DNA from: Scenedesmus sp. PABB004
Taxonomy: Eukaryota
Assembly (NCBI GenBank): GCA_014905635.1
Contig: CM026547.1
Location: forward strand, 1,984,001-2,048,000
Direction: 5' to 3'
Length of the DNA: 64,000 nucleotides
The notes beneath the pieces are model-generated. The model was not told the DNA's origin and searched no databases. It saw nothing but the letters and a program-made list of their open reading frames with translations. Made by a program: the position numbers and the translations under genes. The first letter of the stretch is position 1, and the number at the start of each line of letters is the position of its first letter. Below are positions 44,231-54,816 of the stretch, one piece after another.

Positions 44231-46184
44231 ATGGCCTCGCACGCGGGCTGGGCGGCGCGCCTGGAGTGCGCCGTGTGCCAGGGTGTGGAGGCGCACGCCG
44301 ACTACTCGGTGCTGGCGTGCGGGCACGCCTACCACGACGTGCGCGTGCCCGCCGCCGCCGGCCGCTGCCGCCGCGCGCGCGGGCCCTCCCGGCGGCGCCG
44401 ACCGCGCCGCGCCGCCGCCCGCGGCAGGCGTGCATCGACGCCTGGCTGGCGCGCTCCGCGACGTGCCCCAGCTGCCGGGTGCGAGGCGGCCGCGCGGCGC
44501 CGGCGGCGCCCGCCCGCGCTGTTGTCGTTCGCGCCGCGAGGCACGCCTTGCCGAGCCCGTGCTCGCGTGCCTGGCCGGCGGGCCCCGCGACGCGCGTGGC
44601 GCAGGCAAAGGTGGTCTGGCGCCAGGCGCGGCCCCTCCGCGGCGTGGAGGTCGTTGCAGCAGCAGGCGCCAGCCAGCTGGACGGCTGCGCGGCGACGGAG
44701 CGCCTCGCGGACAAGCAGCGCGAGCTGGAGGCGCTGACGCTGCAGCTGGCCGACGCGCAGCAGCAGGCCGACAGCCTCGCACAGGCGGTGGGCCTGCTGA
44801 CGGACAAGCAGGAGAGGTGCAGGCAGCGCCTCGCCGACGCACGGCAGAGGTGTGCTGCGCTGGAGGCGGTGCACGCCGAGGACCGCTTGCGCCTCAGCAG
44901 CCTCGCCAGCGACAAGGAGCAGCTGCGGGAGCGGTACAAGACCGACACGGTGGGCGGCCGCGCAGCCGCCGCCGAGGCGCTGCGACGCGGCTGAGGTGCG
45001 GCGCCGCGCCGCTCCCCGCGCCCGCAGCACCGCCTGCAGCTGCAGGTGCGGGAGGCGCAGCGCCGCGAGCGCGCGGCGGCGTCCGACCTGCGGTGCCTGC
45101 AGCTCGCCAACCCCGCGCTGCTGAGCGTGGCGTCCATCCACGACGTGGCCGGCCTGGCGTCCCTGGGCGACGTGGACGGCCCGACCGCGCTCGGCGGCGA
45201 CCACCAGCAGACGACCGCAGCGCTGGCGGCTGCGCTTGCGCAGCGCAACCAGGAGCTGCAGACGGCGCAGGCTTGCGCGGAGCAGCTGCAGCAGCGCCTG
45301 GCGGCTGCGGGGGTCGCGGCCGCGCAGGCCGCGGCCGAGCAGGACGCGCGGCACGCCGAAGCGTGTGGCCGGCTTGAGCAGGAGAAGCAGGCCCACATGC
45401 GCGCCGCGCTGCAGCTGGAGGTGGGCGGGGCGCCCAGCGTGGCCTGGCGGTCGCGAGCCGGCCGGCCGCCGCCGCGGTGCGCTGACGCGGCCGCCCGCTG
45501 CCCGGCCGCAGTACGACAACCAGGCGCTGGCGCAGCAGCTGGACGAGCTGCGTGGGGTGCTGCTCGCGCTGGAGCGCGGCGGCGCCGCGGCCGGTCAGGT
45601 CCAGCGGGGGCAGCAGCAGGCGCAGCGTGTGCATTCCGCGGAGCAGCAGCCCCAGCGACAGCAGCAGGCGCGTGACGAGTCTGCACCAGACTCGTCACCT
45701 GGGCGCAACCGCGGGGTCGACTTGGAGGAGCGGTCGCCAGCGCAGCAGGAGGACGCCGCACTGGTCCTGGACGTCGCTGCCGCGCTGGGACCAGGAACGC
45801 TGCGGCTGCCGCTGCTGCAGCAGGTGCCCTCGTTCGCGCGCAAGGTGCGCAGCGCGCGCGGGCTGCGCCGCGCCGGCGCGGCGCGCGCGACCCCGAGGCT
45901 CACGCGCGTCCTGCCGGCGCCAGGCAAGCGCCTCGTCGCTCGGCAGCGTCTCGGGCGCCTTCATCCGCAGCGGCCCCGACGGCCACGGCAGCACCGCCAC
46001 CGCGCCGCTCAAACGGGTGCGGGCGCGCGCACGTCCGGCCAGCGTTGGAGGCCCTTGCCGCCGCCTCTCAGGGTTGAACGCCTCCGTTTTCGCGCCGCAG
46101 GGCCGCGCGCCGGGCGGGGCCGTGCCGGCGCGGAAGTGCAGCCGCGGCGGCGGCGCGCAGGCGTCGATTCGCGCGTTTTTGTGA
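44231..46184 (+). CDS. TRAIP: TRAIP-like RING E3 ubiquitin ligase, multi-exon
   Basis: N-terminal RING CAVC...CGHAYHD/ACIDAWL...TCPSCR, long coiled coil, FIRSGPDGHG, terminal PIP-box-like QASIRAFL*. Confidence 0.7.
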
Positions 46185-46549
46185 CCAAACCGCTCGGACT
46201 GTCGGCCGGGCCTCGCCACGACCGCGCACTCGACCAGCCGGCCACCTCTGTGGCGGCCGCCGGAGCCGCAGCGGTCGGAGCAGCAGCAGCAGTCGGAGCA
46301 GCAGTCGGCGCGGCGTTGTTGAGGCGGCGCCCCTCTTGCCCCGCCCGCCCGCTGATGGCAAGCGCCGCGGCGGCGATCTGAGACTTCACGGAGCGGGTGA
46401 GACGTCAAGGAGCGAGCCTGCCTCCCCGCCGCCTGCGGCTGCGCGCTGCCGCTGATGCCCCGCTGCGCGGCTCAGCGCCGCCACGCCTGCGTGCGCCCGC
46501 CACCGGCAGGGCCGTGACTGCGGGTGCCTGTACGTGTGCCGTGGGCGCG

Positions 46550-48010
46550 ATGCAGCAGCAGAGCGCGCTCACGCCGCGCGGCGCGGGCGGCAGGGCCGCG
46601 CGGCCGCCGCCGGAGCAGGAGGAGAACCTGCTGCAGGAGAGCCGCGGCCGCAAGCGCGGCGCCCGGGAGGTGGAGGACGACGCGCCCGCGGGCAAGCGGC
46701 CGCGCGACGCGGGCGACGGCGCGGCGGCGGGCGGTGCAGCGCCCTTGTTTGCCGTCCCGCTTGGCGCGCTCGTCGGCGGCGTGGCGGCCAAGCGCCGCAT
46801 GGACGCGCTCAAGGCCCGCGCGCGCGCGACGGCCAGTGGCGCCACGCCCGGCGCCGCGACGACGCCCGGCGGCAGGCAGCAGCTCATCGGCGCGTCTCCC
46901 GCGGCGCGCGGCGCGCTGTTTGGCGCGCCGCCTGGCGGCGCGTTGGACGATGACGACTTCGCGGACGAGCCCGAGGCGCCGTCCGCGCCGCCTCCGCTGC
47001 TGCCCGCGGCCAAGCCGCCGCCAGCGCCGCAGGCGCCGCGCACGCGCACGCAGCCCGCTGAGGTCGGCGCCCCATCATCAGGCACCGGCTTTGCCTTTGG
47101 CGCAGCGCTCCCCGGCGCTGCCGCCAGCACAGCAGCCGGCAGCAGCGCTGCCTCTGGCGCCGCGGCCGGCAGCACGCCAGCGTCTGGCGCCGCGGGCAGC
47201 ACGCCGGCATCTGGCGCTGCGGCTGGGAGCACGCCTGCGTTTGGCGTCGCGGGCAGCGGCGCTGGCCTTGGCGCGGCGGCCGGCAGCACGCCGGCGTTTG
47301 GCGCTGTGGCCGGGAGCACGCCAGCGTTTGGCACTGCGGGCGGCGGCGGCGCCGGCTTTGGCGCCGCGGGCGGCAGCACGCCTGCGTTTGGCGTCGCGGG
47401 CAGCGGCGCTGGCCTTGGCGCGGCGGCCGGCAGCACGCCGGCGTTTGGCGCTGTGGCCCGGAGCACGCCAGCGTTTGGCACTGCGGGCGGCAGCACGCCG
47501 GCATCTGGCGCTGCGGCTGGGAGCACGCCTGCGTTTGGCGTCGCGGGCAGCGGCGCTGGCCTTGGCGCGGCGGCCGGCAGCACGCCGGCGTTTGGCGCTG
47601 TGGCCGGGAGCACGCCAGCGTTTGGCACTGCGGGCGGCGGCGGCGCCGGCTTTGGCGCCGCGGGCGGCAGCACGCCTGCGTTTGGCGTCGCGGGCAGCGG
47701 CGCTGGCCTTGGCGCCGCGGCCGGCACCACGCCGGCGTTTGGCGCTGTGGCCGGGAGCACGCCAGCGTTTGGCACTGCGGGCGGCGGCGGCGCCGGCTTT
47801 GGTGCTGCGTGCGGCAGCACGCCGGCGTTTGGCGCTCCGGCGGGCAGCGGCGGCGCCGGTTTTGGGGGCGCCAGCTTCGGCGCGCCAGCTGCACAGGCGC
47901 CCGCGGCAGCGCCCGCGCCGGGCGAGTTTGCGATTGGCGCCGGCGGCACCGGCGCCGACGCCGGGGGCCGCCGCAAGGTCGCGGCGCGGCGGCGTAGCAC
48001 CGCTCGCTGA
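46550..48010 (+). CDS. FG-repeat nucleoporin-like protein with a Nup153/Nup1/Nup136-type C-terminus
   Basis: Many GSTPAFG repeats (47160-47880), basic NLS-like RKR...KRPR, terminal GEFAIG...GRRKVAARRR. Confidence 0.65.
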   Translation: MQQQSALTPRGAGGRAARPPPEQEENLLQESRGRKRGAREVEDDAPAGKRPRDAGDGAAAGGAAPLFAVPLGALVGGVAAKRRMDALKARARATASGATPGAATTPGGRQQLIGASPAARGALFGAPPGGALDDDDFADEPEAPSAPPPLLPAAKPPPAPQAPRTRTQPAEVGAPSSGTGFAFGAALPGAAASTAAGSSAASGAAAGSTPASGAAGSTPASGAAAGSTPAFGVAGSGAGLGAAAGSTPAFGAVAGSTPAFGTAGGGGAGFGAAGGSTPAFGVAGSGAGLGAAAGSTPAFGAVARSTPAFGTAGGSTPASGAAAGSTPAFGVAGSGAGLGAAAGSTPAFGAVAGSTPAFGTAGGGGAGFGAAGGSTPAFGVAGSGAGLGAAAGTTPAFGAVAGSTPAFGTAGGGGAGFGAACGSTPAFGAPAGSGGAGFGGASFGAPAAQAPAAAPAPGEFAIGAGGTGADAGGRRKVAARRRSTAR

Positions 48011-48503
48011 CGAGTGAGCGGGGCCGCGAGTGTGCCCTTGCGCAGGGCTTCGTGCGCAAGGGAGCAGGGCAGGTCGTCGTCGCTGGGAGCGCGCGGCGGC
48101 GCGCGCTCGTGCTGCTGCCGCGCCGGCGCCGCCGCGCCCGCCGGCGCGTGCCGCCGGGCCGGATGTTGGATGCGTCAGCGCGCCCGCGCGGGCTTGTGGG
48201 GGGCGGGTGCGGGCAACTCCCGCCCAGGCAAAGCACGTGGCAGGGTTCTGCACGTGCGGCTGTACAAGCCCGCGCGCGCGCCCTCCACCGCCCGCCACAA
48301 CGCCACAACGACGCACGCCGCAGCGGCCGCTGTGGCCGGCTCCGCAGCGCCGACGCACAGCGTGCGAGCCGGCCGCGCCCGGCTCCCAGCTCGCTCCCGC
48401 CTGAGATCCCCGCCGCCCACAGCCGCTCGCCCCATGCCCGCCTGTCACTGCGCCTGACCGCCGCGGCGGCGCGCCGCGGCGCGTGAGCGCGGTGGCGGCA
48501 TCG

Positions 48504-51439
48504 ATGGAGCGGCCCGCCCCAGAGCCGGGGGCGGGGGGCGTGCCGCTGGCGTACCAGTACCCTGTGGTGTCTGGCACCGTCCCCGTGGCGCGCTGGGCCT
48601 TTGCCAGCGCGTCGGTGGGCAGCTTTCTCTACGTCTACGGCGGGGTGGGCCCCAGCGTGCTGGACGACCTGGCGGTGCTCGACGGCGAGCTCATGGTGTG
48701 GCGTGCGCTCGCCCCCGTGGCGGCGCGGCCCAAGGACCGCCCGGACAAGCTGCACGGCGGCGCCATGTGCGCCCTGGGCAGCAGCCTCTGGCTCTTTGGC
48801 GGCCAGCAGGGCCGCAAGCACCTGCGCAGCCTGCACGTGCTCAACACCGAGATGCTCTCCTGGCGGCTCGTCACGCCGGGCGGCGCGGCGCCGGCGGCGC
48901 GCGAGGGGCACAGCCTGACGGCGGTGAACGGGCAGCTCGCGTACCTGTTTGGCGGGCAGGGCAAGAAGCTCTACAGCGACCTCCACGTCCTGCGCCAGGG
49001 CGGCACCGAGTGGGTGGAGCTGCGCCCCGGCGGGCGGCCGCCGCCGGCGCGGTCGGGGCACAGCGCGGTGTGGGACGGGCGCGACGCGCTCGTGTGCTTT
49101 GGCGGCTCCACCGGCGGCGCGACCGACAACGCGACCTACGTGTACAGCCTCAGCCGCAACGAGTGGGCGGCGCCCGAGTGCGCGGGCGCCATCCCCAGCC
49201 CGCGCGCGCACCACTCGGCCGCGCTCGTCGCGCCGCGCACGATGCTCGTGTTTGGCGGCTGCAACGCGGGCGGCGTGTTTTTCAACGACGCGTACGTGCT
49301 CAACCTCGACACCCTCGTCTGGGCGCGCGCGCAGCCGCTCAGCACGCCGCCGCCGCCGCGCTACCACCACTGCTGCCACGTGCTGGGCGGCAAGGTCGCG
49401 ATGTACGGCGGCATCAACCCCAAGCGGGCCTTTGACGCCGTGGTGCTGCTGGAGACCAACTTTGGCCCCGACCTCGGCGCGGTCGCCGAGGAGCTGGCGC
49501 GCATGACCGGCGGGCCGCCGCCCGGCACCGCCGCGGCGGCAGCGGCGGCGGCGGCGGCGGCGGCCGGCAGCGCGGCGCGCGGCGGCGCGCCGGGTGCGTC
49601 GCTGGCGGGGCCGGGCGCGCCGCTGGTGGGCGACTTCATGAAGCTGCAGCTGCGCGACCTCCTGGTCAAGCGGCACATGGAGGAGCTGCACGTCACGGCG
49701 CAGCAAAAGGTGCGGCACCGGCACCGGCGGCGGCGGCGGCAGCGGCAGGGCGGCAGCGGCAGCAGCAGGGGCGGCAGGCAACTGTGACAGCGGCGGCGGC
49801 AGCGCAGCAGCGGCAGCGGTGGCGGTGGCGGTGGCGCCAACCGCTCAGAGCGCTCAGAGCACAGCAACTGTGTGGTAGGCGGAGCTGCTGACGCGCCGCG
49901 ACCGCGCCGCGCTGTCTGGCGCGCGCGCGCGCAGGCCGAGGCCGTGGAGTGCAAGCTGCAGGAGGCGCAGGCGGCCAGGCTGGCGCTGCAGAAGGAGGTG
50001 CTGCAGCTCAAGCTCATCTCGGCGGAGGCGGAGCAGTCGGCGCAGTCGCTGCGGGACGAGCTGGCAGACGCCAAGAAAGGGCTGGCGCGCGAGCGGGCGG
50101 AGCACGCGGCCACGTCTGCCGCGCTGTCCGACCTGCGCGACAGCCTCGTCAGCCGCGAGCAGGAGCTGGCGGAGGCGCGGCAGCTGCTGGACAGCATGAG
50201 CGCGGAGCTGGGCATTCTCTCCAGCAGGTTCCACCGCCTGCAGCAGGAGCGCGACTCGCTCCGAGCGGCGCGGCGCCAGGCGCAGCGGCAGCTGGAGCAG
50301 CAGCAGGAGCAGCAGCAGCAGCAGCAGCAGCTGCAGATGCAGCAGCTGCAGCAGGACGCGCAGCAGGCCAGCCAGAACTCTTGTCACGACGACTCGCGAG
50401 AGGCGCTCTCGGGGGCTGCGGCGGCCGCCGCGCAGCTGCAGCTGCAGCAGCAGCAGCAGCGGCGCCAGCCTGCCCCCGGGGGTGCCAGCTCGAGCCTGGC
50501 GGCAGCGGGCCCCGCGGACGGCAGCAGCAGTGAGGACGTGGCCTGGGGCGATGCCCTCGCTTCGAGCGCCGAGCTGCAGCCGGAGGGCGGCGCTGGAAGC
50601 GCTCGCGCGCTCGACCCTGCTGCGGACGAGCCGCTGCGCCTGTGCGGGCACGGCCAGCTGGAGGCGGCGTGCCTGCTCTGCATCTGCCAGCGCTTCCTCG
50701 CCGCGACCGCCGGCAGCTGCACGCACCTCGCGCCCGCCAGCGCCGTCGCGAGTGCCGCGGCGGGCCGGCTCAGCGCGCCCAGCGGCGGGGGCGTGCTGCC
50801 GGTGCTGGCGCCGGGCCCGGGTGGGCCGCCCAGCCCGGCCGGCCTGGCCAGCGTGGCGGTGGCGGCTTGCGCGAGCGAGGCGGCGCAGTACCGCCAGTTC
50901 CTGTCCGTCTCTGAGCTGGCGCGCAACCGGCTTGAGGCAGACAACGCGGGCCTCGCGCAGCGCCTCGCCGAGGCCGAGGCGCGCGCCGAGGCGCAGGCGC
51001 AGCAGCTGCGCGTGTTCCAGGCGCAGCCCGCGGCGTTGGAGGCGTGCAGCCTGGGCGAGCTCTCTGCGCTGGAGGGTGCGAGCGCTGCGCGCCTCGCTCC
51101 CCGCTGCGCACCCGGTGCTCCCCCCGCCTCGCCGCGCGCGCACGTGCGTGCATCCGCGCGCGGCCGCGCCTGCCCACCCCGCGCCTGCCTCGCGCCGCCG
51201 CCGCAGGCACGCTGGAGGGCAGCGCCAAGGCGGTGCGGCAGCTGGTGCTGGCGCGCAGCATCGCCGAGTACCAGCGCGCGGCGAGCGCCGAGTCGGCGCG
51301 CTGCGCGGTGTGCATGGAGGAGCCCAAGAGCCTTGCGTTCAGCTGCGGGCACCAGACCTGCCACAACTGCGGCGACAAGATGAGCGTGTGTCCCTTCTGC
51401 CGACAAGACGTGACCGCCAAAATTCGTCTGTTTGAGTGA
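48504..51439 (+). CDS. Kelch-repeat, coiled-coil, C-terminal RING protein
   Basis: Six kelch-like blades (YVYGG, WLFGG, YLFGG, VCFGG, LVFGG, AMYGG), Q-rich coiled coil, CAVCMEEPKSLAFSCGHQTCHNCGDKMSVCPFCR. Introns ~49710-49934 and ~51076-51206. Confidence 0.85.
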
Positions 51440-51802
51440 GGCGACGTTTGGCACGAACACCCAGCTTGGGGGGGGGGGGGCGGCGGGTGCGGCGCGGCGG
51501 GGTGTTGCGGCGGCATAGCTTTCCCGCTGCTTCAATGAACGCCAGCGGGCGCGCGCAACGCATGTTGCTGCCACTGCCCGCGCTGTCGTCCGCATGACTG
51601 CGCGCTGTCCATTTCGGCGGGGGCGTTTTTGAGGACCTCTGCCTGAGCGGTCCCCCGCCACCCCAGAACCATCGCATTTGCACTTGACTGCTGCGCTGCC
51701 CCAACGCGAGGCCGGCTGTTAACAGCCCGGCGGAGCGCCCAGCGGGTAACGCTCCCCACGGTTCAAACGTTTCACCCGCCCCGGTGCGCACCAGCGGTGC
51801 CG

Positions 51803-52813
51803 TCAGCATGCCTGCTGCCCCGCGCGCGCAGCAGGCCGCGGCGCGGCCAGCTCCACGCCTGGCGGCGGCGAGGGCGCCAGGCCGCGCGGCGTGGCGGTGA
51901 TGGCGTGGCGGCAAACGAAAAACAGCCCCACCACCTGCGCACGAGCGGGCGAGCGGGTTGGCCAAGGGCGGGCGCGCTGGCCGGCAGGAGCGTCCTGCCG
52001 CCCCGCCCCCCGCGCCAGCGCCGCGGCGCGCGCCGGGCGGCGGCGCACCGAGAGGATCATGACGCAGGCGAGCACGATGAGCAGCTCTGGCGTGAGCTGC
52101 GCGCGCGCGCCTTGGTGAAGGAGGGTGTAAAGGTCGGTCGCGGACGCCCCGAGCCAGGCGAAGAAGGCGCAGTACGGGACCGCGGCGAGGGCCGAGCAGG
52201 CGACGTAGGGCGCGAGTCGGACGCTCGTGCAGCCGAGCCCGTAGTTCATGAGGTTGTACGGCAGCACGGGGCTGAGCCGCAGCAGCAGCACGAGGCGCCA
52301 GCCGTCCTGCCCGATGTTGGCGTCGATGGCCGCAAAGCCCGGCAGCCGCGCCACGCAGGCGTCGTAGACCACGCCGCGCAGCAGGTAGCGGCCCAGCACA
52401 AACGCGCCGACCTGCCCGCCCAGCGTGCCCAGCCACGCCACGACGGCGCCGAGGCCCCAGCCGTACGCGGCGCCCGCCCCGATGCTCAGCAGCATGCCCG
52501 GCAGCAGCAGCACCACGGCGACCGCAAACAGCAGCACAAACACGACCACGCCCAGCACGCCGCCGCCGCCCGCCGCGCCCTCCACCAGGCGCTGCAGGTG
52601 CGCGGCGTCGGCAAACTGCGCCGCCGCGGCGGAGACCAGCAGCAGGCACAGCAGCAGCGTCACGCGCGTGCCCGCGCTGGCGTGCTCTGCCGTGGCCCGG
52701 AAGCGCGCGCAGGCCGCTGCGACGCCGCCCGCGAGCTCCGCCGCCGCCGGGCCATGCCCCAGCAGCCGCGCGGCCTCCTCGTCGTCGTCGCCCCGCCCCA
52801 CATCGGCGGGCAT
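51803..52813 (-). CDS. TVP38/TMEM64 (SNARE-associated, VTT/DedA) membrane protein
   Basis: LLLPGMLLSIGAGAAYG, AFVLGRYLLR, GWRLVLLLRLSPVLPYNLMNYGLG; probable intron ~51935-52047. Confidence 0.9.
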   Translation of the reverse strand: MPADVGRGDDDEEAARLLGHGPAAAELAGGVAAACARFRATAEHASAGTRVTLLLCLLLVSAAAAQFADAAHLQRLVEGAAGGGGVLGVVVFVLLFAVAVVLLLPGMLLSIGAGAAYGWGLGAVVAWLGTLGGQVGAFVLGRYLLRGVVYDACVARLPGFAAIDANIGQDGWRLVLLLRLSPVLPYNLMNYGLGCTSVRLAPYVACSALAAVPYCAFFAWLGASATDLYTLLHQGARAQLTPELLIVLACVMILSVRRRPARAAALARGAGRQDAPAGQRARPWPTRSPARAQVVGLFFVCRHAITATPRGLAPSPPPGVELAAPRPAARAGQQAC

Positions 52814-53367
52814 GGCTAGCTACCTCCCAGACCCTGCGGCGCCGAGGGGCTGCGCGTCCCGCGCCGGCGGCGGCGGCGATGCGTCGGCAGCTGCTCCCTG
52901 CGCACCCTGCAGCGGCAGCGGCAGGCGCGCTGGCTCCCTGGCGCCAGGGCGTCGCACCCGCCTCGCCGGCAGCTCATGGAGGCCGGCAGCGCGCCGCAGC
53001 TTCGCGGGCTGCGGCGCCGCGGGCTGCGGGCGACAGCACAGCAGATGTGGTTGGCGCCGCCGCCGCGCCGCCCTGGCCCGCGCCGCCCTGGCGCCACGCT
53101 GCTTCGTAAAGGCGTGCAGCTTTCCGCTGCTGGGCGCGCGCGGGGGCCTGGCTGCGCCCGCTGCAGTGTCCGGACAGCGAGGCGGCGCCAACGACTCCGG
53201 TGGCGGCTTCGAGAGAGGCCTCAGCCAGGCACGTGGGGATCGCCAGGGACGCCAGGCGACTCCACCGTTGGCAGGGCACTGGGGGACCTGTGCAACGACG
53301 TCGAACCCGCAGCAGGGTTCAGCGAGCGAGCGACCCGCGCGCCGCTCGCTGACGGCGGCGCGCGGGA

Positions 53368-54567
53368 CACGTTTTGCGTCGGCGCTGCGGAGCCGGCCAC
53401 TGCGGCCGCTGCGGCGTGCGTCGTTGTTGCGTTGTGGCGGGCGGCGGAGGCCCGCCGGTTGCCCGCTGTACAGCCGCACGTGCAGAACCCTGCCACGTGC
53501 TGTGCCCGGGCCCGCCAGTTGCCCGCACCAGCCCGCAGAAGCCCGCGCTGGGCGCGCTGACGCTTCCAACATCTGGCCCAGCGGCGGGCGCGGCGGGCGC
53601 GGCGGCGCCGGCGCGGCGCAGCACGAGCGCGCGCCGCCGCGCTCCCAGCGACGACGACCTGCCCTGCTGAGGGAGCCCTGCGCAGGGAGCCCTGCGCAAC
53701 GCTCACGGCCCCGCTCACTCGTCAGCGAGCGGTGCTACGCCGCCGCGCCGCGACCTTGCGGCGGCCCCCGGCGTCGGCGCCGGTGCCGCCGGCGCCAATC
53801 GCAACCTCGCCCGGCGCGGGCGCCGCCGCGGGTGCCTGTGCAGCTGGCGCGCCGAAGCTGGCGCACCCAAAGCCGGCGCCGCCGCTGCCCGCCGGAGCGC
53901 CAAACGCCGGCGTGCTGCCGCCCGCGGCACCACCAAATGCCGGCGTGCTCCCGGCCGCAGCGCCAAACGCTGGCGTGCTGCCGGCCGCAGCGCTGCCCTG
54001 CTCCCTGCCCAGGACGCAGCGCGGTGCCGCAGCTCCGCTGCGGCGTCCCGTGGAAGGCTGCGCGGACGCCGACGTGTCGGCCTGGCACCGCTCGCAGCTG
54101 CTCGTTGTCGCCAGCCAGGTGGGCAGCCCTGGACGGCCCCCGGCCGCCCGCCTCGCACCTGGCAGCTGGGGCACGTCGCGGAGCGTGCCAGCCAGGCGTC
54201 GATGCACGCCTGCCGCGGGCGACGGCGCGGCGCGGTCGGCGCCGCCGGGAGGGCCCGCGCGCGCGGCGGCAGCGGCCGGCGGCGGCGGGCGCGCGCACGT
54301 CGTGGTAGGCGTGCCCGCACGCCAGCACCGAGTGGTCGGCGTGCGCCTCCACGCCCTGGCACACGGCGCACTCCAGGCGCGCCGCCCAGCCCGCGTGCGA
54401 GGCCATAGCGGCGCGCGGGCCGTCGCTGTTGTTGTGTGCGGCGTCGCGCGCTGGCGGGCGCGGCGCGGGTGCGCCCACGACGGACGGGCCGCGGGCGCGG
54501 GGGCGGGGCTGCGCGAGCGGTGTGTTGCGGCGGCGCGGCGGCGGTGCGTGCGGCTGTCGTTTGTGTG
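53368..54567 (-). pseudogene. Inverted, internally deleted mosaic copy of 44080-48363 (TRAIP-like 5' exons, FG gene 3' end and flanks)
   Basis: 54158-54567 matches 44080-44480; 54058-54115 matches ~44900-44967; 53368-53990 matches ~47750-48363. Confidence 0.88.
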
Positions 54568-54816
54568 CGCCGGGCGCCCTCCCGGCGGCGGCGCGGCCGT
54601 CGTGGTTCTCGCTGTGCCCTCGACGCGCGCGCCGCGCCGTCGCCGCCGCCGCCGCCGCATGGGCGCGCCCCGCGCCCCGGCGCGGGTAGAGCGCTCTGGA
54701 TTGAGCCGACGCCGGCGCCCCCGGCTTCGCCCCCCTCGCGACGCTTCTCGCGCAGCAGCAGGGCGGGCAGCAGCAGGGCGTCGCGGCGATGCGGCCATGA
54801 GGGCGCCCTGGGCGCG

